A stretch of DNA of 64,000 nt from Eledone cirrhosa (Eukaryota), in assembly GCA_964016885.1 (NCBI GenBank), contig OZ024740.1, positions 432,884,001-432,948,000 on the forward strand, given 5' to 3'. Below are positions 20,501 to 35,500 of the stretch, in pieces. The translations under genes and the position numbers were made by a program. Positions within the stretch are counted from its first letter, which is position 1, and each line of letters starts with the position of its first letter. Below the pieces are notes generated by a model. That model searched no databases. It was not told the origin of the DNA and saw only the letters and a list, made by a program, of their open reading frames with translations.

Positions 20501-23500
20501 ACCAGCAGGGGTTAGACATGTCTCCAGCACTGTACCTACCAGAGGGGTTTAGACATGTCTCCACCACTGACCCTACCAGCAGGGGTTAGACTAGGTCTCC
20601 ACCACTGACCCTACCAGCAGGGGTTAGACTAGGTCTCCAACACTGTCCCTACCAGCAGGGGTTAGACATGTCTTCACCACTGTCCCTACCAGCAGGGGTT
20701 AGACTGGTCTTCACCACTGTCCCTGCCAGCAGGGGATAGACATGTCTCCACCACTGTCCCTACCAGCAGGGGTTAGACATGTCTCCACCACTGTCCCTAC
20801 CAGCAGGGGCTAGACATGTCTCCACCACTGTCCCTACCAGCAGGGGTTAGACATGTCTCCACCACTGTCCCTACCAGCAGGGGCTAGACATGTCTCCACC
20901 ACTGTCCCTACCAGCAGGGGTTAGACATGTCTCCACCACTGTCCCTACCAGCAGGGGCTAGACATGTCTCCACCACTGTCCCTACCAGCAGGGGCTAGAC
21001 ATGTCTCCACCACTGTCCCTACCAGCAAGAGTTAGACAGGTCTTCACCACTGTCCCTATCAGCAGGGGTTAGACATGTCTCCACCACTGTCCCTACCAGC
21101 AAGAGTTAGACAGGTCTTCACCACTGTCCGTACCAGCAGGGGATAGACATGTCTCCACCACTGTCCTTACCAGCAGGGGTTAGACATGTCTCCACCACTG
21201 TCCCTACCAGCAGGGGATAGACATGTCTCCACCACTGTCCCTACCAGCAGGGGCTAGACATGTCTCCACCACTGTCCCTACCAGCAGGGGTTAGACATGT
21301 CTCCACCACTGTCCCTACCAGCAGGGGCTAGACATGTCTCCACCACTGTCCCTACCAGCAGGGGCTAGACATGTCTCCACCACTGTCCCTACCAGCAGGG
21401 GCTAGACATGTCTCCACCACTGTCCCTACCAGCAGGGGATAGACATGTCTCCACCACTGACCCTACCAGCAGGGGTTAGACATGTCTCCACCACTGTCCG
21501 TACCAGCAGGGGATAGACAGGTCTTCACCACTGTCCCTACCAGCAGGGGTTAGACATGTCTCCAGCACTGTACCTACCAGAGGGGTTTAGACATGTCTCC
21601 ACCACTGACCCTACCAGCAGGGGTTAGACTAGGTCTCCACCACTGACCCTACCAGAAGGGGTTAGACTAGGTCTCCAACACTGTCCCTACCAGCAGGGGT
21701 TAGACATGTCTTCACCACTGTCCCTACCAGCAGGGGATAGACATGTCTCCACCACTGTCCCTACCAGCAGGGGTTAGACATGTCTCCACCACTGTCCCTA
21801 CCAGCAGGGGATAGACATGTCTCCACCACTGTCCCTACCAGCAGGGGTTAGACATGTCTCCACCACTGTCCCTACCAGCAGGGGTTAGATATGTCTCCAC
21901 CACTGTCCCTACAAGCAAGGGTTAGACATGTCTCCACCACTGTCCCTACCAGCAGGGGCTAGACATGTCTCCACCACTGTCCCTACCAGCAGGGCTAGAC
22001 ATGTCTCCACCACTGTCCCTACCAGCAGGGGATAGACATGTCTCCACCACTGACCCTACCAGCAGGGGTTAGACATGTCTCCACCACTGTCCCTACCAGC
22101 AGGGGTTAGACATGTCTCCAGCACTGTACCTACCAGAGGGGTTTAGACATGTCTCCACCACTGTCCCTACCAGCAGGGGTTAGACTGGTCTTCACCACTG
22201 TCCCTGCCAGCAGGTGATAGACATGTCTCCACCACTGTCCCTACCAGCAGGGGTTAGACATGTCTCCACCACTGTCCCTATCAGCAGGGGATAGACATGT
22301 CTCCACCACTGTCCCTACCAGCAGGGGTTAGACATGTCTCCACCACTGTCCCTACCAGCAAGGGGTTAGACATGTCTCCACCACTGTCCCTACCAGCAGG
22401 GGTTAGATATGTCTCCACCACTGTCCTTACCAGCAGAGGTTAGACATGTCTCCACCACTGTCCCTACCATCTAGGGTTAGACATGTCTCCACCACTGTCC
22501 GTACCAGCAGGGGTTAGACATGTCTCCACCACTGTCCCTACCAGCAAGAGTTAGACAGGTCTTCACCACTGTCCCTATCAGCAGGGGTTAGACATGTCTC
22601 CACCACTGACCCTACCAGCAGGGGTTAGACATGTCTCCACCACTGTCCCTACCAGCAGGGGTTAGACATGTCTCCACCACTGTCCCTACCAGCAGGGGTT
22701 AGATATGTCTCCACCACTGTCCTTACCAGCAGAGGTTAGACATGTCTCCACCACTGTCCCTATCAGCAGGGGTTAGACATGTCTCCACCACTGTCCCTAC
22801 CAGCAAGGGTTAGACTGGTCTCCACCACTGTCCCTACCAGCAAGAGTTAGACAGGTCTTCACCACTGTCCCTATCAGCAGGGGTTAGACATGTCTCCACC
22901 ATTGTCTCTACCAGCAGGGGTTAGACATGTCTCCACCACTGTCCCTACCAGCAGGTGTTAGACATGTCTCCACCACTGTCCGTACCAGCAGGTGTTAGAC
23001 ATGTCTCCACCACTGTCCGTACCAGCAGGGGTTAGACATGTCTCCACCACTGTCCCTACCAGCAAGGGTTAGACTGGTCTTCACCACTGTCCCTATCAGC
23101 AGGGGTTAGACATGTCTCCACCACTGTCCCTACCAGCAGGTGTTAGACATGTCTCCACCACTGTCCCTACCATCTAGGGTTAGACATGTCTCCACCACTG
23201 TCCCTACCAGCAGGGGTTAGACATGTCTCCACCACTGTCCCTACCAGCAAGAGTTAGACAGGTCTTCACCACTGTCCCTATCAGCAACGGTTAGACATGT
23301 CTCCACCACTGTCCCTACCAGCAGGGGTTAGACATGTCTCCACCACTGTCCCTACCAGCAGGTGTTAGACATGTCTCCACCACTGTACCTACCAGCAAGG
23401 GTTAGTGATGTCTCCTCCACTGACCCTGCCAGCAGGGGTTAGACATGTCTCCACCACTGTACCTACCAGCAAGGGTTAGTGATGTCTCCTCCACTGACCC

Positions 23501-26500
23501 TGCCAGCAGGGGTTAGACATGTCTCCACCACTGTACCTACCAGCAAGGGTTAGTGATGTCTCCTCCACTGACCCTGCCAGCAGGGGTTAGACATGTCTCC
23601 ACCACTGTCCCTACCAGCAAGAGTTAGACATGTCTCAACAACTGTCCCTACCAACAAGGGTTAGACATGTCTTCACTACTGTACCTACCAGCAGGGGTTA
23701 GACATGTCTCGACCACTGTCCCTACCAGCAGGGGTTAGACATGTCTCCACCGGTGTCCCTACCAGCAGTGGTTAGACAAGGTCTCCACCACTGTCCCTAC
23801 CAGCAGGAGTCAGACAGGTCTCCACCACTGTCCCTACCAGCAGGGGTCAGACAGGTCTCCACCACTGTCCCTACCAGCAGGAGTCAGACAGGTCTCCACC
23901 ACTGTCCCTACCAGCAAGGGGTTAGACATGTGTCCACCACTGTCCCTACCAGCAAGGGGTAAGATATGTCTCCACCACTGACCCTACCAGCAGGGGTTAG
24001 ACATGTCTCCACCACTGTCCCTACCAGCAGGGGTTTAGACATATCTCCACCACTGAACCTACCAGCAGGGGTTAGACTGGTCTTCCCCACTGTCCCTACC
24101 AGAGGGGTTTAGACATGTCTCCACCAATGAACCTACCAGCAGGTGTTAGACTAGGTCTCCACCACTATCCCTACCATCAGGGGTTAGACAGGTCTTCACC
24201 ACTGTCCCTACCAGCAGGGGTTAGACATGTCTCCACCACTGTCCCTACCAGCAGGGGTTAGACAGGTCTTCACCACTGTCCCTGCCGGCAGGGGTTAGAT
24301 ATGTCTCTACCACTGTCCCTACCAGCAGGGGTTAGACAGGTCTTCACCACTGTCCCTACCGGCAGGGGTTAGATATGTCTCCACCACTGTCCCTACCAGC
24401 AGGGGTTAGACATGTCTCCAGCACTGTGCCACCAGCAGGGGTTAGACATGTCTACACCACTGTCGCTACCAACAAGGGTTAGACATGTCTCCACCACTGT
24501 CCCTACCAGCAGAGGTTAGACATGTCTCAACCAATGTCTCTACCAGCAGGGGTTAGACATGTCTCCACCACTGTCCCTACCAGCAGTGGTTAGACAGGTA
24601 TTCACCACTGTGCCTACCAGCAGGGGTTAGACATGTCTCCACCACTGTCCCTACCAGCAAGTGTTAGACAGGTCTCCACCACTGTCCCTACCAGCAGGGG
24701 TTAGACATGTCTCCACCACTGTCCCTACCAGCAGGGGTTAGACAGGTCTCCACCACTGTCCCTACCGGCAGGGGTTAGACATGTCTCCACCACTGTCCCT
24801 ACCAGCAAGTGTTAGACAGGTCTCCACCACTGTCCCTACCAGCAGGGGTTAGACTAGGTCTCCACCACTGTCCCTACCAGCAGTGGTTAGACATGTCTTC
24901 ACCACTGTCCCTACCAGCAGGGGTTAGAAATGTCTCCACCACTGTCCATCCCAGCAGGGGTTAAAAAGGTTTCCTCCACTGTCCCTACCATCTAGGGTTA
25001 GACATGTCTCCACCACTGTCCCTACCAGCAGGGGTTAGATATGTCTCCACCACTGTCCCTACCAGCAGGGGTTAGATATGTCTCCACCACTGTCCCTACA
25101 AGCAAGGGTTAGACATGTCTCCACCACTGTCTCTACCAGCAGGGGTTAGACATGTCTCCACCACTATCCCTACCAGCAGGGGTTAGACAGGTCTCCAACA
25201 CTGTCCCTACAAGCAAGGGTTAGACAGGTCTCCACCACTGTCCCTACAAGCAAGGGTTAGACAGGTCTCCACCACTGTCCCTACAAGCAAGGGTTAGACA
25301 GGTCTCCACCACTGTCCCTACAAGCAAGGGTTAGACATGTCTCCACCACTGTCCCTACAAGCAAGGGTTAGACATGTCTCCACCACTGTCCCTACCAGCA
25401 GGGGTTAGACATGTCTTCACCACTGTCCCTACCAGCAGGGCTTAGACATGTCTCCACCACTGTCGCTACCAGCAGAGGTTAGACATGTCTCCCCCACTGT
25501 CCCTACCAGCAGGGGTTAGACATGTCTCCACCACTGTCCCTACCAGCAGGGGTGAGACAGGTCTTCACCACTGTCCCTACCAGCAAGTGTTAGACAGGTC
25601 TCCACCACTGTCCCTACCAGCAGGGGTTAGACATGTCTCCACCACTGTCCCTACCAGCAGGGGTTAGACTGGTCTTCCCCACTGTCCCTACCAGCAGGGG
25701 CTAGACATGTCTCCACCACTGACCATACCAGCAGGGGTTAGACTAGGTCTCCACCACTGTCCCTACCAGCAGGGGTTAGAAAGGTCTTCACCACTGTCCC
25801 TACCAGCAAGGTTTAGACAGGGCTTCACCACTGTCCCTATCAGCAGGGGTTACATAATTCTCCACCACTGTCCCTACCAGCAAGGGTTAGACATGTCTCC
25901 ACCACTGTCCCTACCAGCAGAGGTTAGACATGTCTCCACCACTGTTCCTACCAGCAAGGGTTAGACATGTCTCTACCACTGTCCCTACCAGCAGGGGTGA
26001 GACAGGTCTTCACCACTGTCCCTACCAGCAAGGGTTAGACATGTCTCCACCACTGTTCCTACCAGCAAGGGTTAGACATGTCTCTACCACTGTCCCTACC
26101 AGCAGGGGTGAGACATGTCTCCACCACTGTTCCTACCAGCAAGGGTTAGACATGTCTCTACCACTGTCCCTACCAGCAGAGGTTAGACAGGTCTTCACCA
26201 CTGTCCCCACCAGCAGGGGTTAGACATGTCTCCACCACTGTCCCCACCAGCAGGGGTTAGATATGTCTCCACCACTGTCCCTATCAGCAGGGGTTAGACA
26301 TGTCTCCACCACTGTCCCTACCAGCAAGGGTTAGACTGGTCTTCACCACTGTCCCTACCAGCAAGAGTTAGACAGGTCTTCACCACTGTCCCTATCAGCA
26401 GGGGTTAGACATGTCTACACCACTGTCCCTACCAACAAGGGTTAGACATGTCTCCACCACTGTCCCTACCAGCAGGGGTTAGAAATGTCTCAACCAATGT

Positions 26501-29500
26501 CTCTACCAGCAGGGGTTAGACATGTCTCCACCACTGTCCCTACCAGCAGTGGTTAGACAGGTCTTCACCACTGTGCCTACCAGCAGGGGTTAGACATGTC
26601 TCCGCCACTGTCCCTACCAGCAAGTGTTAGACAGGTCTCCACCACTGTCCCTACCAGCAGGGGTTAGACATGTCTCCACCACTGTCCCTACCAGCAGGGG
26701 TTAGACAGGTCTCCACCACTGTCCCTACCGGCAGGGGTTAGACATGTCTCCACCACTGTCCCTACCAGCAAGTGTTAGACAGGTCTCCACCACTGTCCCT
26801 ACCAGCAGGGGTTAGACTAGGTCTCCACCACTGTCCCTACCAGCAGTGGTTAGACATGTCTTCACCACTGTCCCTACCAGCAGGGGTTAGAAATGTCTCC
26901 ACCACTGTCCATCCCAGCAGGGGTTAAAAAGGTTTCCTCCACTGTCCCTACCATCTAGGGTTAGACATGTCTCCACCACTGTCCCTACCAGCAGGGGTTA
27001 GATATGTCTCCACCACTGTCCCTACCAGCAGGGGTTAGATATGTCTCCACCACTGTCCCTACAAGCAAGGGTTAGACATGTCTCCACCACTGTCTCTACC
27101 AGCAGGGGTTAGACATGTCTCCACCACTATCCCTACCAGCAGGGGTTAGACAGGTCTCCAACACTGTCCCTACAAGCAAGGGTTAGACAGGTCTCCACCA
27201 CTGTCCCTACAAGCAAGGGTTAGACAGGTCTCCACCACTGTCCCTACAAGCAAGGGTTAGACAGGTCTCCACCACTGTCCCTACAAGCAAGGGTTAGACA
27301 GGTCTCCACCACTGTCCCTACAAGCAAGGGTTAGACAGGTCTCCACCACTGTCCCTACAAGCAAGGGTTAGACAGGTCTCCACCACTGTCCCTACAAGCA
27401 AGGGTTAGACATGTCTCCACCACTGTCCCTACAAGCAAGGGTTAGACATGTCTCCACCACTGTCCCTACCAGCAGGGGTTAGACATGTCTTCACCACTGT
27501 CCCTACCAGCAGGGCTTAGACATGTCTCCACCACAGTCGCTACCAGCAGAGGTTAGACATGTCTCCACCACTGTCCCTACCAGCAGGGGTTAGACATGTC
27601 TCCACCACTGTCCCTACCAGCAGGGGTGAGACAGGTCTTCACCACTGTCCCTACCAGCAAGTGTTAGACAGGTCTCCACCACTGTCCATACCAGCAGGGG
27701 TTAGACATGTCTCCACCACTGTCCCTACCAGCAGGGGTTAGACTGGTCTTCCCCACTGTCCCTACCAGCAGGGGCTAGACATGTCTCCACCACTGACCAT
27801 ACCAGCAGGGGTTAGACTAGGTCTCCACCACTGTCCCTACCAGCAGGGGTTAGAAAGGTCTTCACCACTGTCCCTACCAGCAAGGTTTAGACAGGGCTTC
27901 ACCACTGTCCCTATCAGCAGGGGTTACATAATTCTCCACCACTGTCCCTACCAGCAAGGGTTAGACATGTCTCCACCACTGTCCCTACCAGCAAGGGTTA
28001 GACATGTCTCCACTACTGTTCCTACCAGCAAGGGTTAGACATGTCTCTACCACTGTCCCTACCAGCAGGGGTGAGACAGGTCTTCACCACTGTCCCTACC
28101 AGCAAGGATTAGACAAGTCCTGACCACTGTCCCTACCAGCAGAGGTTAGACAGGTCTTCACCACTGTCCCCACCAGCAGGGGTTAGACATGTCTCCACCA
28201 CTGTCCCCACCAGCAGGGGTTAGATATGTCTCCACCACTGTCCCTATCAGCAGGGGTTAGACATGTCTCCACCACTGTCCCTACCAGCAAGGGTTAGACT
28301 GGTCTTCACCACTGTCCCTACCAGCAAGAGTTAGACAGGTCTTCACCACTGTCCCTATCAGCAGGGGTTAGACATGTCTCCACCATTGTCTCTACCAGCA
28401 GGGGTTAGACATGTCTCCACCACTGTCCCTACCAGCAGGTGTTAGACATGTCTCCACCACTGTCCGTACCAGCAGGTGTTAGACATGTCTCCACCACTGT
28501 CCGTACCAGCAGGGGTTAGACATGTCTCCACCACTGTCCCTACCAGCAAGGGTTAGACTGGTCTTCACCACTGTCCCTATCAGCAGGGGTTAGACATGTC
28601 TCCACCACTGTCCCTACCAGCAGGGGTTAGACATGTCTCCTCCACTGTCCCTACCATCTAGGGTTAGACATGTCTCCACCACTGTCCCTACCAGCAGGGG
28701 TTAGACATGTCTCCACCACTGTCCCTACCAGCAAGAGTTAGACAGGTCTTCACCACTGTCCCTATCAGCAGGGGTTAGACATGTCTCCACCACTGTCCCT
28801 ACCAGCAGGGGGTTAGACATGTCTCCACCACTGTCCCTACCAGCAAGAGTTAGACAGGTCTTCACCACTGTCCCTATCAGCAGGGGTTAGACATGTCTCC
28901 ACCACTGTCCCTACCAGCAGGGGTTAGACATGTCTCCACCACTGTCCCTACCAGCAGGTGTTAGACATGTCTCCACCACTGTACCTACCAGCAAGGGTTA
29001 GTGATGTCTCCTCCACTGACCCTGCCAGCAGGGGTTAGACATGTCTCCACCACTGTACCTACCAGCAAGGGTTAGTGATGTCTCCTCCACTGACCCTGCC
29101 AGCAGGGGTTAGACATGTCTCCACCACTGTACCTACCAGCAAGGGTTAGTGATGTCTCCTCCACTGACCCTGCCAGCAGGGGTTAGACATGTCTCCACCA
29201 CTGTCCCTACCAGCAAGAGTTAGACATGTCTCAACAACTGTCCCTACCAACAAGGGTTAGACATGTCTCCACCACTGTCCCTACCAGCAGTGGTTAGACA
29301 AGGTCTCCACCACTGTCCCTACCAGCAGGAGTCAGACAGGTCTCCACCACTGTCCCTACCAGCAGGGGTCAGACAGGTCTCCACCACTGTCCCTACCAGC
29401 AGGAGTCAGACAGGTCTCCACCACTGTCCCTACCAGCAGGGGTCAGACAGGTCTCCACCACTGTCCCTACCAGCAAGGGGTTAGACATGTGTCCACCACT

Positions 29501-32500
29501 GTCCCTACCAGCAAGGGGTTAGACATGTGTCCACCACTGTCCCTACCAGCAAGGGGTAAGATATGTCTCCACCACTGACCCTACCAGCAGGGGTTAGACA
29601 TGTCTCCACCACTGTCCCTACCAGAGGGGTTTAGACATGTCTCCACCACTGTCCCTACCAGCAGGGGTTAGACATGTCTCCACCACTGTACCTACCATCA
29701 GGGGTTAGACATGTCTCCACCACTGTCCCTACCAGAGGGGTTTAGACATGTCTCCACCACTGTCCCTACCAGCAGGTGTTAGACATGTCTCCACCACTGT
29801 ACCTACCATCAGGGGTTAGACAGGTCTCCACCACTGTCCCTACCAGCAGGGGTCAGACAGGTCTCCACCACTGTCCCTACCAGCAGGAGCCAGACAGGTC
29901 TCCACCACTGTCCCTACCAGCAAGGGGTTTAGACATGTCTCCACCACTGTACCTACCATCAGGGGTTAGACAGGTCTCCACCACTGTCCCTACCATCAGG
30001 GGTTAGACAGGTCTCCACCACTATCCCTACCATCAGGGGTTAGACAGGTCTTCACCACTGTCCCTACCAGCAGGGGTTAGACATGTCTCCACCACTGTCC
30101 CTACCAGCAGGGGTTAGACAGGTCTTCACCACTGTCCCTGCCGGCAGGGGTTAGATATGTCTCTACCACTGTCCCTACCAGCAGGGGTTAGACAGGTCTT
30201 CACCACTGTCCCTACCGGCAGGGGTTAGATATGTCTCCACCACTGTCCCTACCAGCAGGGGTTAGACATGTCTCCAGCACTGTGCCACCAGCAGGGGTTA
30301 GACATGTCTACACCACTGTCCCTACCAACAAGGGTTAGACATGTCTCCACCACTGTCCCTACCAGCAGGGGTTAGACATTTCTCAACCAATGTCTCTACC
30401 AGCAGGGGTTAGACATGTCTCCACCACTGTCCCTACCAGCAGGAGTTAGACAGGTCTTCATACTGTCCCTACCAGCAGGGGTTAGACATGTCTCCACCAC
30501 TGTCCCTACCAGCAAGTGTTAGACAGGTCTCCACCACTGTCCCTACCAGCAGGGGTTAGACATGTCTCCACCACTGTCCCTACCAGCAGGGGTTAGACAG
30601 GTCTCCACCACTGTCCCTACCAGCAGGGGTTAGACATGTCTCCACCACTATCCCTACCAGCAAGTGTTAGACAGGTCTCCACCACTGTCCCTACCAGTAG
30701 GGGTTAGACTAGGTCTCCACCACTGTCCCTACCAGCAGTGGTTAGACATGTCTTCACCACTGTCCCTACCAGCAGGGGTTAGAAATGTCTCCACCACTGT
30801 CCATCCCAGCAGGGGTTAAAACGGTTTCCTCCACTGTCCCTACCATCTAGGGTTAGACATGTCTCCACCACTGTCCCTACCAGCAGGGGTTTGACAGGTC
30901 TTCACCACTGTCCCTACCAGCAGGGGTTAGATATGTCTCCACCACTGTCCCTACCAGCAAGGGTTAGATATGTCTCCACCACTGTCCCTACAAGCAAGGG
31001 TTAGACATGTCTCCACCACTGTCTCTACCAGCAGGGGTTAGACATGTCTCCACCACTATCCCTACCAGCAGGGGTTAGACAGGTCTCCACCACTGTCCCT
31101 ACAAGCAAGGGTTAGACAGGTCTCCACCACTGTCCCTACAAGCAAGGGTTAGACAGGTCTCCACCACTGTCCCTACAAGCAAGGGTTAGACAGGTCTCCA
31201 CCACTGTCCCTACAAGCAAGGGTTAGACAGGTCTCCACCACTGTCCCTACAAGCAAGGGTTAGACAGGTCTCCACCACTGTCCCTACAAGCAAGGGTTAG
31301 ACATGTCTCCACCACTGTCCCTACAAGCAAGGGTTAGACAGGTCTCCACCACTGTCCCTACAAGCAAGGGTTAGACAGGTCTCCACCACTGTCCCTACAA
31401 GCAAGGGTTAGACATGTCTCCACCACTGTCCCTACAAGCAAGGGTTAGACAGGTCTCCACCACTGTCCCTACAAGCAAGGGTTAGACATGTCTCCACCAC
31501 TGTCCCTACCAGCAGGGCTTAGACATGTCTCCACCACTGTCGCTACCAGCAGAGGTTAGACATGTCTCCACCACTGTCCCTACCAGCAGGGGTTAGACTG
31601 GTCTTCCCCACTGTCCCTACCAGCAGGGGCTAGACATGTCTCCACCACTGACCATACCAGCAGGGGTTAGACTAGGTCTCCACCACTGTCCATACCAGCA
31701 GGGGTTAGACATGTCTCCACCACTGTCCCTACCAGCAAGGTTTAGACAGGGCTTCACCACTGTCCCTATCAGCAGGGGTTACATAATTCTCCACCACTGT
31801 CCCTACCAGCAGGGGTGAGACAGGTCTTCACCACTGTCCCTACCAGCAAGGGTTAGACATGTCTCCACCACTGTCCCTACCAGCAGAGGTTAGACATGTC
31901 TCCACCACTGTTCCTACCAGCAGGAGTTCGGCAGGTCTCCCCCACTGTCCCTACCAGCAAGGGTTAGACATGTCTCTACCACTGTCCCTACCAGCAGGGG
32001 TGAGACAGGTCTTCACCACTGTCCCTACCAGCAAGGATTAGACAGGTCCTGACCACTGTCCCTACCAGCAGAGGTTAGACAGGTCTTCACCACTGTCCCC
32101 ACCAGCAGGGGTTAGACATGTCTCCACCACTGTCCCCACCAGCAGGGGTTAGATATGTCTCCACCACTGTCCCCACCAGCAGGGGTTAGACATGTCTCCA
32201 CCACTGTCCCCACCAGCAGGGGTTAGATATGTCTCCACCACTGTCCCTACCAGCAGGGGTTAGACATGTCTCCACCACTGTCCCTACCAGCAGGGGTTAG
32301 ACATGTCTCCACCACTGTCCCCACCAGCAGGGGTTAGATATGTCTCCACCACTGTCCCTACCAGCAGGGGTTAGACATGTCTCCACCACTGTCCATACCA
32401 TCTAGGGTTAGACATGTCTCCACCACTGTCCCTACCAGCAGGGGTTAGACAGGTCTTCACCACTATCCCTACCAGCAGGGGTCAGATATGTCTCCACCAC

Positions 32501-35500
32501 TGTCCCTACCAGCAGGGGTTAGACATGTCTCCACCACTGTCCCTACCAGCAGGGGTTAGACAAGGTCTCCACCACTGTCCCTACCAGCAAGGGTTAGACA
32601 TGTCTTCACTACTGTACCTACCAGCAGGGGTTAGACAGGTCTTCATACTGTCCCTACCATCAAGGTTTAGACAGGTCTCCACCACTGTCCCTACCAGCAA
32701 GGGTTAGACATGTCTTCACTACTGTACCTACCAGCAGGGGTTAGACATGTCTCCACCACTGTCCCTACCAGCAGGGGTTAGACAGAGCTTCACCACTGTC
32801 CCTACCAAAAAGGATTAGACATGTCTCCACCACTGTCCCTCCAACAAGGCTTAGACAGGTCTCCACCACTGTCCCTACCAGCAAGAGGTAGACATGTCTC
32901 CACCACTGTCCCTACCAGCAAGAGGTAGACATGTCTCCACCACTGACCCTACCAGCAGGGGTTAGACATGTCTCCACCACTGTCCCTACCAGCAGGGGTT
33001 AGACAAGGTCTCCACCACTGTCCCTACCAGCAAGAGGTAGACATGTCTCCACCACTGTCCCTACCAGCAGGGGTTAGACATGTCTCCTCCACAGACCCTA
33101 CCAGCAGGGGTTAGACTAGGTCTCCACCACTGTCCCTACCAGCAGTGGTTAGACATGTCTCCACCACTGTCCCTACCAGCAGGGGTAAGACATGTCTCCA
33201 CCACTGTCCCTACCAGCAGTGGTTAGACAGGTCTTCACCACTGTCCCTACCAGCAGGGGTAAGACATGTCTCCACCACTGACCCTACAAGCAGGGGTTAG
33301 ACATGTCTCCACCACTGTACCTACCAGAGGGGTTTAGACATGTCTCCACCACTGACACTACCAGCAGGGGTTAGACTAGGTCTCCACCACTGTCCCTACC
33401 AGCAGGTGTTAGACAGGTCTCCACCACTGTCCCTACCAGCAGGGATTAGACTGGTCTTCACCACTGTCCCTACCAGCAGGGGATAGACATGTCTACACCA
33501 CTGTCCCTACCAGCAGGGGTTAGACATGTCTTCACCACTGTCCCTACCAGCAGGGGTTAGACTGGTCTTCACCACTGTCCCTGCCAGCAGGGGATAGACA
33601 TGTCTCCACCTCTGTCCCTACCAGCAGGGGTTAGACATGTCTCCACCACTGTCCCTGCCAGCAGGGGATAGACATGTCTCCACCACTGTCCCTGCCAGCA
33701 GGGGATAGACATGTCTCCACCACTGTCCCTACCAGCAGGGGTTAGAGTGGTCTCCACCACTGTCCCTGCCAGCAGGGGATAGACATGTCTCCACCACTGT
33801 CCCTACCAGCAGGGGTTAGACAGGTCTTCACCACTGTCCCTACCAGCAGGGGTTAGACATGTCTCCACCACTGTCCCTGCCAGCAGGGGATAGACATGTC
33901 TCCACCACTGTCCCTACCAGCAGGGGTTAGACAGGTCTTCACCACTGTCCCTACCAGCAGAGGTTAGACATGTCTTCACCACTCTCCCTACCAGCAGGGG
34001 TTAGACATGTCTCCACCACTGTCCCTACCAGCAGCTGTTAGACAGGTCTTCACAACTGTCCCTACTAGCAGGGGTTAGACATGTCTCCACCACTGTCCCT
34101 ACCAGCAGGGGTTAGACATGTCTCCTCCACAGACCCTACCAGCAGGGGTTAGACATGTCTCCACCACTGTCCCTACCAGCAGGGGTTAGACATGTCTTCA
34201 CCACTGTCCCTACCAGCAGGGCTTAGACATGTCTCCACCACTGTCCCTACCAGCAGGGGTTAGACATGTCTTAACCTCTGTCGCTACCAGCAAGGGTTAG
34301 ACATGTCTCCACCACTGTCCCTACCAGCAGGGGTGAGACAGGTCTTCACCACTGTCCCTACCAGCAAGTGTTAGACAGGTCTCCACCACTGTCCCTACCA
34401 GCAGGGGTTAGACAGGTCTTCACCACTGTCCCTACCAGCAGGGGTTAGATATGTCTCCACCACTGTCCCTACCAGCAGGGGTTAGATATGTCTCCACCAC
34501 TGTCCCTACAAGCAAGGGTTAGACATGTCTCCACCACTGTCTCTACCAGCAGGGGTTAGACATGTCTCCACCACTGTCCCTACCAGCAGGGGTTAGACAG
34601 GTCTCCACCACTGTCCCTACCAGCAGGTGTTAGACAGGTCTCCACCACTGTCCCTACAAGCAAGGGTTAGACCGGTCTCCACCACTGTCCCTACAAGCAA
34701 GGGTTAGACAGGTCTCCACCACTGTCCCTACAAGCAAGGGTTAGACAGGTCTCCACCACTGTCCCTACAAGCAAGGGTTAGACAGGTCTCCACCACTGTC
34801 CCTACAAGCAAGGGTTAGACATGTCTCCACCACTGTCTCTACCAGCAAGAGTTAGACATGTCTTCACCACTCTCCCTACCGGCAGGGGTTAGACATGTCT
34901 CCACCACTGTCCCTACCGGCAGGGGTTAGACATGTTTCCTCCACAGACCCTGCCAGCAGGGGTTAGACATGTCTCCACCACTGTCCCTACCAGCAGGGGT
35001 TAGACATGTCTCCACCACTGTCCCTGCCAGCAGGGGATAGACATGTCTCCACCACTGTCCCTACCAGCAGGGGTTAGACAGGTCTTCACCACTGTCCCTA
35101 CCGGCAGGGGTTAGATATGTCTCCACCACTGTCCACACCAGCAGGGGTTAAAAAGGTCTCCTCCACTGTCCCTACCATCTAGGGTTAGACATGTCTCCAC
35201 CACTGTCCCTACCAGCAGGCGTTAGACATGTCTCCACCACTGTCCCTACCATCTAGGGTTAGACATGTCTCCACCACTGTCCCTACCAGCAGGGGTTAGA
35301 CAGGTCTCCACCACTGTCCCTACAAGCAAGGGTTAGACAGGTCTCCACCACTGTCCCTACAAGCAAGGGTTAGACTGGTCTCCACCACTGTCCCTACAAG
35401 CAAGGGTTAGACAGGTCTCCACCACTGTCCCTACAAGCAAGGGTTAGACAGGTCTCCACCACTGTCCCTACAAGCAAGTGTTAGACATGTCTCCACCACT

